Shown: positions 31,052-41,230 of the stretch, in pieces
Layout of the letters: each line of letters opens with the position of its first letter
How positions within the stretch are numbered: the first letter of the stretch is position 1
Program-made: the position numbers and the translations under genes
Notes under the pieces: generated by a model
What the model was told of the DNA's origin: nothing
Databases searched by the model: none
What the model saw: the letters and a program-made list of their open reading frames with translations, nothing else
Source of the DNA: Thermoprotei archaeon
Lineage (GTDB): Archaea; Thermoproteota; Thermoprotei; Thermoproteales; B15-G16
Direction of reading: 5' to 3'
DNA: 64,000 nt
Assembly: GCA_003649205.1 (NCBI GenBank)
Contig: QMRC01000001.1
Span: 96,001-160,000 of the forward strand

Positions 31052-31118
31052 GAGCTACGTTCAGTGTACTGGTAACTCGCTGACTGATAAATTCCTTCTC
31101 GTCAATTTCTGTATTACG

Positions 31119-31790
31119 GTGTTAGAGGAGATGTACTGTCTAGTACCGTCAGTGTACGAGGTACTGTGTGGTTTAATTCTGCTTCTCTGGAATGTACTTG
31201 TCATAGTTGTGATATCGAGGAAGGTCTACGAGGTATTTAGGAGAGTTGATGGTCACGAAGCTGGTATCTACGTAGCTAGAAAACTCATTCATGTCTTAGC
31301 TGGTGGTGTAACGGTAATACTGCTACCAGTACTTTTCACAAGCCCTATAGTACCGCTTATCTGCTCACTAATACTAGCTACTATCGTCTACATACCTCAT
31401 AGAACTGGTAAGTTAATGTACTGGTTCCAGATACCTGGTAGGTTATCGGAAGTCTACTTCGCCATTATGTGGGGCGTCATTGTTACTTCTCTCTGGTATG
31501 TTGACGTTAGGTTAGCTGTTTTACCGATATTCTTCATGTCCTGTGGTGACGGTATTACTGGAATTGTACGTCATCTAGTTAATGGTAGGAGGACAAAGTC
31601 TTGGATAGGTAATTTAGCTATGGCGTTGCTCTGTGTACCTGTTGGATACCTCATGTATGGTGTACTGGGTGCAGCTTCAGGGTTAGTAGCTAGTATAGTT
31701 GAGCACTTTGATAAGATAGATGACAACATATCCATACCACTGGTATCAGCTACAGTGCTGGTGGTACCTCAGATAGTGACAGTGCTATAG
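31119..31790 (+). CDS. dolichol/phytol kinase family membrane protein
   Basis: ARKLIHVLAGG, GDGITG, KSWIG, DDNISIP. Confidence 0.85.
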   Translation: MLEEMYCLVPSVYEVLCGLILLLWNVLVIVVISRKVYEVFRRVDGHEAGIYVARKLIHVLAGGVTVILLPVLFTSPIVPLICSLILATIVYIPHRTGKLMYWFQIPGRLSEVYFAIMWGVIVTSLWYVDVRLAVLPIFFMSCGDGITGIVRHLVNGRRTKSWIGNLAMALLCVPVGYLMYGVLGAASGLVASIVEHFDKIDDNISIPLVSATVLVVPQIVTVL

Positions 31791-32558
31791 CTCAATACCT
31801 GCTAACCTTAACCTACGCCTAGTCTGTGGAAAGAACTCAATACTCTCCTCCTCAACCTCAAGAGGTAGTTTAGGATCTATACCTGTGAGTAGGGAGAACA
31901 ACATCCTCCTCTCTTCTCTAGTCATTAACCTAGGATCAGTCATGACAGCTACGTAAGTCTCAACACCCTCATCGAGTAACCACCTAATTGCTCTAAATGG
32001 TAACTCAAAGTAATTCGGCTTAGCACCAGTCCTCTCACTAAACTTCTCAGGAGTACCAGCCTTCAAGCTAACTCTAACAACTACCTTATCCCTAAACCTA
32101 CTCAATTCCTTGACATAGGACCTATCGTAGCCGAGAAGAATGCCATTTGTCTCAAGTATGAATAACCTAATATCAGACCTAGCTTCAATAAGCTCAAGTA
32201 CTTGAACTAGGTGCTCCCTAGATATGGTCGGTTCACCACCACTAATACGAACTCTATCCCCACCTACACTCTTCATCAACTTCACTAAGGTATTAACAAC
32301 CTCTTCAGGTGTGTAGAACCTACCATATCTCTCAGGGTAATCTCTAGAGGGTGGACTCCAGCAAAAGAAACACCTGAGATTACAACCAACAACAAACCCA
32401 GTAGCGACACCACCATAGAACTTCACAACCTTGAAGTGGGTATACTTCCTAGCAACTCTAGTACCAACTCTCTTACAGACAATACTTTCAGTTAACCTAG
32501 CTAACTCAATAGGATCAAAACGAGGTACCTTCGGTGTTAGCTCACGTACATAGACCAT
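31785..32558 (-). CDS. radical SAM protein (activase-like)
   Basis: GCNLRCFFCW, RISGGEP, ILETNG. Confidence 0.88.
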   Translation of the reverse strand: MVYVRELTPKVPRFDPIELARLTESIVCKRVGTRVARKYTHFKVVKFYGGVATGFVVGCNLRCFFCWSPPSRDYPERYGRFYTPEEVVNTLVKLMKSVGGDRVRISGGEPTISREHLVQVLELIEARSDIRLFILETNGILLGYDRSYVKELSRFRDKVVVRVSLKAGTPEKFSERTGAKPNYFELPFRAIRWLLDEGVETYVAVMTDPRLMTREERRMLFSLLTGIDPKLPLEVEEESIEFFPQTRRRLRLAGIEL

Positions 32559-32566
32559 AACGTGTA

Positions 32567-33178
32567 CTACTCCCTAGACCTCTCAATCCTTGGTGGTAGT
32601 GATTTAAGTAACTTCTCGATCTTGTACTGGTTCATTGAAACTAACTTGAAGAGACACTCCATCCACCCTCTGTAGTCCTTCTCCATTAACTCCTTCTTAG
32701 CGAACTCCCATAACTTCACAAGATCTTCATCTCCTGTACTCTTGACATCACGCTCCATCTCAAGGAAGATACTCACTAACTTATCCTTAGCTTCAGGAGC
32801 TAGCACAGCAACCGTGATCAACTCTATGAAATCGCTCTGAACCTTTTGCCTAAGATTAAGCTCTTTAACTACTGAGCACACAGTACTATTGTACTCCTTC
32901 AACTCTGTCTCAATTTCCTTAAGTTGTTGCTTAGTGACATTATACGATTTCTCAAGTTCTCTATACATCTTCTCCATTATGATGTACCTATCTCTGTAGC
33001 TACTCAATAGAGCTTTTGTGTGATTTAGCTCTGTAACTAATCTCCAGTAATCCTCCTTCACCTCCATTAACTCTGCACTGTACATGATGTGACATAGTGA
33101 GAAGGTAACGAGAGCAGTGATGGCGATTGCTAGTACCCAGGCGATATTCTTAATATTTATTGGTTTCAGGTTAGCCAC
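32567..33178 (-). CDS. hypothetical membrane-anchored coiled-coil protein
   Basis: N-terminal TM followed by heptad-like helix. Confidence 0.7.
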   Translation of the reverse strand: MANLKPINIKNIAWVLAIAITALVTFSLCHIMYSAELMEVKEDYWRLVTELNHTKALLSSYRDRYIIMEKMYRELEKSYNVTKQQLKEIETELKEYNSTVCSVVKELNLRQKVQSDFIELITVAVLAPEAKDKLVSIFLEMERDVKSTGDEDLVKLWEFAKKELMEKDYRGWMECLFKLVSMNQYKIEKLLKSLPPRIERSRE

Positions 33179-33246
33179 CTCACAGCGTATGGTGTTTGCT
33201 ACGTTATAAGCATTTGTGTTCAGGTGAAGTAGTGTATAGGTGATGG

Positions 33247-33750
33247 GTGTTACCTATGTCAGGTGAGGTACAGGAAGTACCCCTCAATGCCCTGAGGAAA
33301 CTACTTGGAGGGAAGAGACTTAGAGCTTACTTACTCGGAAACGTTATTGTATTAGCTAGTAGCCTTAATGACGTTAGGAAGAGTCTCTATGCTGTATCAG
33401 AACCACCTAGTATTCCTCTTGAAGTTCTCAGACGTGAGGTATGGAGTAGAGAGCCGGCTATAGCAGTTACTGAGAGATTTGGTGAGAAGGTGATTGTAAT
33501 ATCCGATATTGAGTCAGGTGACCTAGCTCTAATACTAGGCTCTATGGTAGCTTCACTCCTCTCAAATTTATCTCCAATGTACGTGAAGAGAGTTGATGTA
33601 GTCATCACGTACAGAGCATCAGAAGACGGAGGTTTCACAACAAGACATGAAGTACTTGTGTACTTGAGTAAGTTAATTAGAGATCATGAAGTTACCAATA
33701 TCGTGAAGATGATTGAGGAAAGGATCAGAGGTATTTTTAGCAGGAAGTAA
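33247..33750 (+). CDS. hypothetical protein
   Basis: 167 aa ORF with host-like codon usage, AGGTGA upstream. Confidence 0.65.
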   Translation: MLPMSGEVQEVPLNALRKLLGGKRLRAYLLGNVIVLASSLNDVRKSLYAVSEPPSIPLEVLRREVWSREPAIAVTERFGEKVIVISDIESGDLALILGSMVASLLSNLSPMYVKRVDVVITYRASEDGGFTTRHEVLVYLSKLIRDHEVTNIVKMIEERIRGIFSRK

Positions 33751-34531
33751 TTTTCAGAATTACCACTTTCACCAAAATGGGAGTGCAGAATTAACTCACA
33801 GCATCTTCCCAGCATCTCTATACTGTGAACATATTGGATTGTGGTACTCCTCCTCTCTTAACTAACATGATCTCTCAACTAAATTATCTATTTTAAGTCC
33901 TTCGTAATAACATCCAGCCACAGTGCTAGCTACTAGCACGAAGAGTAAAAACAATCTCAACACTATCCGTAAAGCCACACTCACTTTCACCAACATACCA
34001 CTCAAAGCAATAGGGTACTACGCCCACCATCGTACCTACAGAAATAGGGTAGAAAGCAAGCAACATCATGTGTATTTACTACGGAGCCACTACGTAGCTC
34101 TCAACATGATGATGTCCGTAAACTCATTACTTAAGGAGTACCGGGTTCTCATACTGACGTTCATACTAGATGGCTTAATCAAGCACTTCGTTCCTAAAGA
34201 GTAGCATTATTATTTATATTCCGTTGTTCTATTGTTATTCATACTTTTACTGGTGTTACCTTCAGAGCTGTTTAACTGTATGGAGCAGGTGCTTTCTGTA
34301 CCTGGTAGTGCCATACAGAATTGTTTCTCCTTTCAGATGGGTGTTTTACCTCTTCGATGACTGTTGTATTCCATGTGTGTACTATTGGTACTATAGTGAT
34401 TCTATTAGTGGAACTTTCGCTTACCTAGTAAGTCCTGTAGTGGTTCTATTATGTGTACACTATGGCATATCGGTCGTCTGAAAAGTAATTAATTGTCTTG
34501 AGTTACTGTTCTCTGTAGTGAGGAGTTTACA

Positions 34532-35782
34532 ATGGGTAAACTGGATCCCTATAGAATTCGAGAGGATTTCCCTATCCTCAAGCGTAGAATCGGTGATAAA
34601 CCTCTCGTCTACCTAGATAATGCAGCTTCAACTCTAAAGCCTATACAGGTTATTGAGGCTATAGCATCGTTCTACAAGGAGCACTATTCTAATGTATTTC
34701 GTGGTGTCTACACCTTGAGTAGAGAGGCTACTGAACTATATGAGGAAGCTCGTGAAGTTATTGCGAAGTTTGTGAATGCACGTTCTAGCTCTGAAATAGT
34801 ATTCACGTACAATGCAACTGAAGCGTTGAACATGGTTGCGTATGGTCTAGGTATGGAGGTTGTTGAGGAGGGGGATGAAATTGTTACTACTGTCATGGAG
34901 CATAACAGCAATTTACTTCCATGGATGCATGTTGCTAAGGTCAAGAAGGCGAGGTTAGTGATAGTAGACATAAATGATGGGGGTGAGCTAAATTATGAGC
35001 AATTGAGTAAGGTCATTAGTGAGAGAACTAAGGTAGTAACGATTACGCATGCGTCAAATGTTCTGGGTACAGTCAATGACTTGAAGACTATTGTTAAGAT
35101 CGCACATGAGGTTGGGGCTGTAGTTGTTGTGGATGGAGCGCAGTCAGTTCCTCACATGAAGGTAGATGTCAGGGATCTAGGTATTGACTTTCTAGCATTC
35201 AGCGGTCATAAGATGCTTGGACCTACAGGAATCGGTGTTCTCTGGGGGAGATTGGAGTTTCTTCAGGAGATGAAACCATTTAAGCTCGGTGGTGGTACTG
35301 TTAAGGAGGTTACGACGTGCTCCATAACCTATGAGGATCCTCCGAGGAGATTTGAAGCAGGTACACCGAATGTAGCAGGTGCAGTAGGTCTCATGGAGGC
35401 TGCGAGGTACCTCATGAGGTTAGGTATGGAGGAAGTTCATAGACATGAAGTTGAACTGCTTAGGTACACACTTAAGTTATTTGAGGAAGATCTTCACGAC
35501 TACATCATGATTTATGGTCCTAGAGATCCAGAGAAGAGATGTGGCATCATTACCTTTAACCTACGTGGACTAGATTCATACACTGTAGGGAAGATGCTTG
35601 ATGAGTACGGTATTGCTGTAAGGGTAGGGACGCACTGTGCTCACTTATTGCATCAGAGGCTTGGCGTTGAAGGTACTGTTAGAGTAAGCTACTACATCTA
35701 CAACACTAAAGAAGAAGTTGAATACCTAGCGGAATCACTTCACGATATTGTGGGAAATCATTGTTCAGCAAGATACTGCTAA
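34532..35782 (+). CDS. sufS: cysteine desulfurase SufS
   Basis: YLDNAAS, DGAQSVPH, SGHKMLGPTG, RVGTHCA. Confidence 0.95.
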   Translation: MGKLDPYRIREDFPILKRRIGDKPLVYLDNAASTLKPIQVIEAIASFYKEHYSNVFRGVYTLSREATELYEEAREVIAKFVNARSSSEIVFTYNATEALNMVAYGLGMEVVEEGDEIVTTVMEHNSNLLPWMHVAKVKKARLVIVDINDGGELNYEQLSKVISERTKVVTITHASNVLGTVNDLKTIVKIAHEVGAVVVVDGAQSVPHMKVDVRDLGIDFLAFSGHKMLGPTGIGVLWGRLEFLQEMKPFKLGGGTVKEVTTCSITYEDPPRRFEAGTPNVAGAVGLMEAARYLMRLGMEEVHRHEVELLRYTLKLFEEDLHDYIMIYGPRDPEKRCGIITFNLRGLDSYTVGKMLDEYGIAVRVGTHCAHLLHQRLGVEGTVRVSYYIYNTKEEVEYLAESLHDIVGNHCSARYC

Positions 35783-35824
35783 GTATTGAATTTATAAAGC
35801 GATCTTAGTTATTGTCTCCAATTT

Positions 35825-36886
35825 GTGAGCAAGCCAGTGATCTCCATCTACGGTACAGTGTATAATAATGTTAGGACCATACGGACATGTATCACATCCC
35901 TAGCTAAGGCACTTCAGGCTACTGGCATTAGTTGGGAAGTTGTTGTAGTAGACAATTTCTCGAATGATGGTACGTACGAAGCTCTAGTTGAATTAAGTAG
36001 TCTCTATCCCATTAGGTGTATTCGTGAGAAATGCAGTAGAGGTAAGGGAAGAGACATAGCATTACGTCACACACGTGGAGATTACGTCATGTATATTGAC
36101 TTCGATAAGTACTTCACAGAGGAATTCGGCAAGTTAGTCACTGGCTTACTCAAGATCTGTAAACAAAATGAGGTCTACACACCCTATGGCTTTAGCTTAA
36201 GGGAGACAACTATAAGGTTTGGTGGTTGGGTAGACCTAAATCATGGTGAAGATGCTGAGTTCTTTGCTAGAAGTTGTGTAAAGGGAGTTGTAAGGAGAGT
36301 TTTAACTCCTCCATTTTCACTTGAAGAACCTGTTCATCTTCTTCGGAGACGGGGGAGGTATGTCAAAAGTAAGTTGTCATTCTATAGAAGGTTACTTCGA
36401 GATAGACTAGATAGCTTTAGAGGATGTTCATCATCCTACAGACACCTAAGAGAAGTCCACATAGCTAATTCTCGCAATCTAAGAGCTAAATTAGTTAAGT
36501 GCCTGCTATATCTGTTGTCTAGACTACTAGGGCAGTACAAATACAGTAAGTACCTTAGAAATAATGAGTTAGTCCTCTACCGAGAGCGATATGTTCTTCC
36601 TGATGACATCGGATTCCCTAGAGATTATCTCTATTTCATTTGTTACCTCGATACTCTGAGTGATCTTGGATTGAAGATATTGATCAAGAAGTTAGAAGGC
36701 ATAGTAAGTGAGTGTCTTAAGAGAGGATACGAAGGTATTAGAATTCAGGTATCTGCACGAAGTAGGGTTATGTACCTCACCTATCTTAATCCTGAAAGAG
36801 TCTTGCCATACATTAACTATACCGAGATCATAAGATCAGTGTACAGGGGGAGTACGTGGTACAGCATAGTTCTAATGTTTAGGTAA
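35825..36886 (+). CDS. glycosyltransferase family 2
   Basis: VVVVDNFSNDGT, RGKGR, IDFD, GED. Confidence 0.88.
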   Translation: MSKPVISIYGTVYNNVRTIRTCITSLAKALQATGISWEVVVVDNFSNDGTYEALVELSSLYPIRCIREKCSRGKGRDIALRHTRGDYVMYIDFDKYFTEEFGKLVTGLLKICKQNEVYTPYGFSLRETTIRFGGWVDLNHGEDAEFFARSCVKGVVRRVLTPPFSLEEPVHLLRRRGRYVKSKLSFYRRLLRDRLDSFRGCSSSYRHLREVHIANSRNLRAKLVKCLLYLLSRLLGQYKYSKYLRNNELVLYRERYVLPDDIGFPRDYLYFICYLDTLSDLGLKILIKKLEGIVSECLKRGYEGIRIQVSARSRVMYLTYLNPERVLPYINYTEIIRSVYRGSTWYSIVLMFR

Positions 36887-36938
36887 TCAGTAGCGAAAAT
36901 ACTCTTCATCACTCAGGCCTCCGGGTTTTCATCACTCT
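36885..36938 (-). ncRNA. C/D box sRNA
   Basis: minus strand: GTGATGA-aaacccggaggc-CTGA-GTGATGA-agagtattttcgcta-CTGA; all four boxes are consensus. Confidence 0.88.
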
Positions 36939-37001
36939 TTCTTCGCCATTATTTTATGTGTCTACAGCTTCTTGGGTTAAAGCACTATCCTTAAATGTAT
37001 T

Positions 37002-38513
37002 TTGAATATTTTGATAGTGGTGTCGTTACTAGTACCGATTTCAGCTAGAAACGTTGTATCATATCTATCTCTCACACTCTTGGTTACATGCATTTTTCTT
37101 GGGATATCTGGTCTCGTGGGTCTGCTCTATGGTGCTGCTATCGGATCTATTAAGGAGCTATACTCTGGGTCTGTACTATTTTTAGAAGGTACATTAAGTG
37201 CTATGTTGCTCTACCTAATCTACATATTTACAAGAATTGAGAGACCAATTACGGTCCTTGAGGCTTTTCTAATAGTCGTACTCACTTGGTTGATTTCACC
37301 ATTTATTGCTGCTGTACCCTTTGCTGTGATCTCGGGATTGCCCTTTCTTGATGCTATGTTTGAGGCAGTAAGTGGTTTAACAGGGACGGGATTGACAGTT
37401 ATGTCGCATGTAATAGAGCTTCAACCCGTATCTATTAAGCTTCTTCGTGGCTTCCTTCAGTGGTATGGTGAGATGGGTATTGCTGTTGCTGCGATAGCTA
37501 TATTCTCTAGACCAGGTACTGTAACAGCTCCTCTATACCTAGCTGAGGGTAGAGGTGGTAGAATTGAGGTTACTGTTAAGGGTACTGCACGGACGATACT
37601 CAGGATATACCTCGTATATACTCTCCTCTGTACACTAGCTCTCCTCCTCACGGGTATGACGCCTCTTGATGCATTTGTCCACAGTATGACTGCTGTTGCT
37701 ACAGGTGGCTTCAGTAACTGGCATGATAGCTTGAAGCACTACGCTGATCTCCTAGGACCAAGATTTCTACCTATGGAGGTAGCTGTGGTGCTCTTCATGA
37801 TACTGGGTGCAATTAGCTTCATAGATCATGCCAAGCTATTTAGAGGTGATGTCCGTGGCTTCTTCTCAATCGAGACAAACACCTTACTAATACTACTTGC
37901 GTTATCTTCATTATCAACAGTAGTAACGTACATGCTTGTAGATGGTGTTAGCACACCTAAAGCTATTGAGCTGGGGATCTTCCATGCTGTATCAGCACTT
38001 ACCACGACAGGATTCCAAATAGAAGATCTATGTAAGGTCAGTGATGCCACTAAGGTTATACTTGCTTTCTCAATGATAATAGGTGGCTGTACCTGCTCAA
38101 CAGTTGGTGGTATCAAGGTCTACAGACTCATTGTGCTACTGAAGTACCTTCAGTGGCTACTAAAGTCAACACTCTACCCATCTCACATACTCATTAAGAG
38201 GATTGTTGGTGGAAGAACTTTAACAGATGATGTAGTTGCTAGGGTAACCTCATTTACCTCACTGTACCTCTTCACACTACTCATAAGTAGCTCCATACTC
38301 ACAGCACTTGGCTACAGATTTGTTGATTCTTTCTTCGAAGTTGCTTCAGCTATGGGTTGTGTTGGTCTATCAGTTGGTATAACGTCACCACAACTACATC
38401 CTCTCGGTAAGGTTATCTTGATGGTGGATATGCTACTCGGTAAACTAGAGTTCTACCCATTTCTCGTAGCTACGTACGCTATGATCGGGAAGTTAAAGAC
38501 TAGAATTAGCTAG
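37002..38513 (+). CDS. trkH: Trk potassium uptake membrane subunit
   Basis: pore loops SGLTGTG, ATGGFS, TTTGF, STVGGIK, GCVGLS. Confidence 0.94.
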   Translation: MNILIVVSLLVPISARNVVSYLSLTLLVTCIFLGISGLVGLLYGAAIGSIKELYSGSVLFLEGTLSAMLLYLIYIFTRIERPITVLEAFLIVVLTWLISPFIAAVPFAVISGLPFLDAMFEAVSGLTGTGLTVMSHVIELQPVSIKLLRGFLQWYGEMGIAVAAIAIFSRPGTVTAPLYLAEGRGGRIEVTVKGTARTILRIYLVYTLLCTLALLLTGMTPLDAFVHSMTAVATGGFSNWHDSLKHYADLLGPRFLPMEVAVVLFMILGAISFIDHAKLFRGDVRGFFSIETNTLLILLALSSLSTVVTYMLVDGVSTPKAIELGIFHAVSALTTTGFQIEDLCKVSDATKVILAFSMIIGGCTCSTVGGIKVYRLIVLLKYLQWLLKSTLYPSHILIKRIVGGRTLTDDVVARVTSFTSLYLFTLLISSSILTALGYRFVDSFFEVASAMGCVGLSVGITSPQLHPLGKVILMVDMLLGKLEFYPFLVATYAMIGKLKTRIS

Positions 38514-39847
38514 ACTAGCTGTAGGTACTTCGTATACTCCCAATCACTAACTATATTCCACGTACTTTCCCAAGAACCAACTTCTCTCACGTACTCACTC
38601 CACTCAAGCTTCTTGATCCTCAGTATATGCTCATTGAATTCACGTGGAAAGTACTTGTAGAGTGGTGAATTCGTGTAAAGTATCATAGCGTGTTCTAGAT
38701 TTACCGGTAATTTCCTCTCAAAACTCACATCTACCTCATAAGCACTGGTGTATATTGGTGGATCTGGTTCAATTCTCTGCTCGAGAGCTAGCATTATCGA
38801 GTATACTACAGATGCCAGCCCTATGTACGGGTTGAAGGATGCATCAGGTAATCTGAACTCTATCCTAGTAGTTAACTGGTTTCCATAGTGAGGTACCCTA
38901 ACGAGAGCTGACCTATTACCTACACCCCACGTAATTGTTGTTGGTGCTTCATAACCAGGAACTAACCTCTTATACGAGTTCACGAGAGGAGCTACGAGAA
39001 AGCACATAGACTTAGCAAACTTAAGTAAACCACCGATAACCAACCTACCGATCTCTGTTAAGACGCCCCTTTCAAAGCATATATTCTCATCAGTATCTAG
39101 CCGATGTAGGCTGATATGTAGGTGAGCACCACTACCATTTAGACCCCAAAAAGGCTTTGGCATGAATGTAGCTACTAGACCGTACTTGTCGGTAACACAC
39201 CTAGCAATGTACCTGTGGATCACGATCTTATCAGCTAGCTTCAGAGCATCATCAAACTTTAAGTCAATTTCGTACTGACCAGGAGCTACCTCATGATGAA
39301 TCTTAAGTACCTTAAATCCACATCTACGAAGGTACTCAGCTATCTCCAAAACAACGTTCTCACACTTAGCAACAGGACCGACCTCAAAGTACCTACCTTC
39401 ATCAGCTGGGACAGGTCTACCATCAACTAGCTTAACTAGGAAGAACTCAAGCTCAACACCAACCTTGAGCCTCAATCCCTTCTCCTCCAACAACTTCAGT
39501 GCAGACCTAAGTACCTCACGAGAGTAGTTAGGAAGAGGCTTTCCCTCACCAACATAAACATCACAGATAACAGAAGCCACCCTATTACTCAACCACCACT
39601 CAGTGAAGAGAGTAGAGATATCAGGAACAGCATACACATCACTTTCATGTACTGAACGAAGACCGGGAATAGAGGAACCATCGAAACCAAATCCAGATCT
39701 AAAGATATCAATAGCTTCATCAAGTGGAACTAACTCACCCTTCAAACCACCATGAATATCCACAACAAGGAACCTAACGTATTTAATAGATAGCTTCCTC
39801 AAGAACTTAACAACTTCATCAACATCAGTAAATGCACCAATGCACAT
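38510..39847 (-). CDS. glnA: glutamine synthetase type I
   Basis: FDGSSI, HHEVAPGQYE, MPKP...NGSGAH, NSYKRLVPGYEAP, NRSALVR, RIEFR. Confidence 0.92.
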   Translation of the reverse strand: MCIGAFTDVDEVVKFLRKLSIKYVRFLVVDIHGGLKGELVPLDEAIDIFRSGFGFDGSSIPGLRSVHESDVYAVPDISTLFTEWWLSNRVASVICDVYVGEGKPLPNYSREVLRSALKLLEEKGLRLKVGVELEFFLVKLVDGRPVPADEGRYFEVGPVAKCENVVLEIAEYLRRCGFKVLKIHHEVAPGQYEIDLKFDDALKLADKIVIHRYIARCVTDKYGLVATFMPKPFWGLNGSGAHLHISLHRLDTDENICFERGVLTEIGRLVIGGLLKFAKSMCFLVAPLVNSYKRLVPGYEAPTTITWGVGNRSALVRVPHYGNQLTTRIEFRLPDASFNPYIGLASVVYSIMLALEQRIEPDPPIYTSAYEVDVSFERKLPVNLEHAMILYTNSPLYKYFPREFNEHILRIKKLEWSEYVREVGSWESTWNIVSDWEYTKYLQLV

Positions 39848-39930
39848 CGAGCCCTCACAGCAATAGCACGAAGAGCAATATATCGTTTTCTCAAAGTAGT
39901 GTAATGTAGTAGGCACGAACTAACCATGAA

Positions 39931-39945
39931 ATAAACCTATAAACC
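39931..39945 (+). promoter_or_regulatory. BRE/TATA-like promoter of tRNA-Ser
   Basis: AAACCTATAAA about 30 nt upstream of the mature tRNA 5' end. Confidence 0.5.
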
Positions 39946-39971
39946 CCCGAAGAAACTCAATGTCTTGAAGA

Positions 39972-40063
39972 GCCGGGGTGGCCGAGCCAGGTCTAAGGCG
40001 CGGGCCTTGAGAGCCCGTGGCCCCATGGGGGCCGCGTGGGTTCAAATCCCACCCCCGGCGCCA
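39972..40063 (+). tRNA. tRNA-Ser(UGA)
   Basis: GCCGGGG acceptor, CGGGC-CT-TGA-GA-GCCCG anticodon arm, long variable arm, TTCAAAT loop, G73 and encoded CCA. Confidence 0.96.
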
Positions 40064-41130
40064 ATTCTCATCCCTAACTCCTCAAGCAATCTCTCGTAGA
40101 ACTCCCTCGGCTGTAGTTCATAAAACTCATCCCTAGCTTCCTGAAATATGTGAAGCCTAATGTCGAGACATAGGTGACATTTCGAGACATAACCGTCCTT
40201 ACGCTCTCTATATCCATAGTTCTCAACAGCAAACCTATACAACTCACCCAATCCCTTAGTCAGAGCACGTAGAATGGGGTAGTTATCGAGGTCAAGACCA
40301 CTGAGAATATCCTCCAACCTCCTAGCATCACCAAGACTCAAACCAGCGCAGTAACCAGGTACATAGTTGAAGAAGCAATCCACATGAATGTGCCATGGTC
40401 TAGTCAAGTCGTAGAGACAGTTCTCATGGAAGAAGTACTTTGCAGGATACCTCTCGTAGATGTAGTTTAGCCTGTACACAGCTCTACCCATAGGGAGAAT
40501 GAGGTCAGGGCTAAGATACGTACCGTAGTCACTACCAATCAATGACAGGTAATCCTCAAACCTCAATCTACCCCTAACACCAAGCACCTTAAACTGATGG
40601 TAGTAGATAGGATAGAACACAATGACATTACCCTCACCAAAGACCTCTCTAGCAATCTCAACAGCAAGATCAATTCTCTCAAAAGGAACAAACTCAATAA
40701 CAAAAGGATTAACACTAATCAAGACACCATCAAGACCCCTATCATATAGCTCACGAAATCTCTCATAAACAACCTCACGACTAGTACACCAAAAGCAATT
40801 AGTCTCAACAAAGAGACCAGGAACACCAACATCCTTAGCAACCTCAACAGCACGAAGCAGGATATCGTACCTAAGAAAAGGTTCACCACCAGTTAAGTGA
40901 AGACCATAGTTAAGACCAAGCAACCTCCTCCTATGAAAGACCTCAGGAGGATAGTATAACCTAAAGCAAGAAACCAACTTCTCAAGAACAACCCTAAGAC
41001 CAGCAAGATCAATCCAGTAATCACACCACCTAGGAGAACAAACGTACATACAGTGCCTACACTCACAACAACACCTATACGTAAGGAAGACCCCAGCAGA
41101 CAAAGGAGGTCTAGGTCTAAGAAACTTCAT
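40042..41130 (-). CDS. radical SAM protein
   Basis: TYRCCCECRHC, LTGGEPFL, VETNCFW, C-terminal SKCHLC. Confidence 0.88.
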   Translation of the reverse strand: MKFLRPRPPLSAGVFLTYRCCCECRHCMYVCSPRWCDYWIDLAGLRVVLEKLVSCFRLYYPPEVFHRRRLLGLNYGLHLTGGEPFLRYDILLRAVEVAKDVGVPGLFVETNCFWCTSREVVYERFRELYDRGLDGVLISVNPFVIEFVPFERIDLAVEIAREVFGEGNVIVFYPIYYHQFKVLGVRGRLRFEDYLSLIGSDYGTYLSPDLILPMGRAVYRLNYIYERYPAKYFFHENCLYDLTRPWHIHVDCFFNYVPGYCAGLSLGDARRLEDILSGLDLDNYPILRALTKGLGELYRFAVENYGYRERKDGYVSKCHLCLDIRLHIFQEARDEFYELQPREFYERLLEELGMRIGAGGGI

Positions 41131-41230
41131 GATAGAACACCTAATCCACTAATACACTCATACCATTAGTCCAAGTCCAGAGTCAAGAGAAAAAATAATT
41201 CCCTTCTTCGGCAGTATATCAGGAGATTTC

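Noticed and set aside
33780-34481. ORFs 33923-34204 and 34224-34481
   Set aside because: Atypical composition and no motifs; probably decayed or spurious, family unidentifiable.
39972-40063. Long-armed tRNA as possible tRNA-Sec
   Set aside because: The anticodon is TGA (reads UCA, Ser), not TCA, and the acceptor stem is a normal 7 bp.
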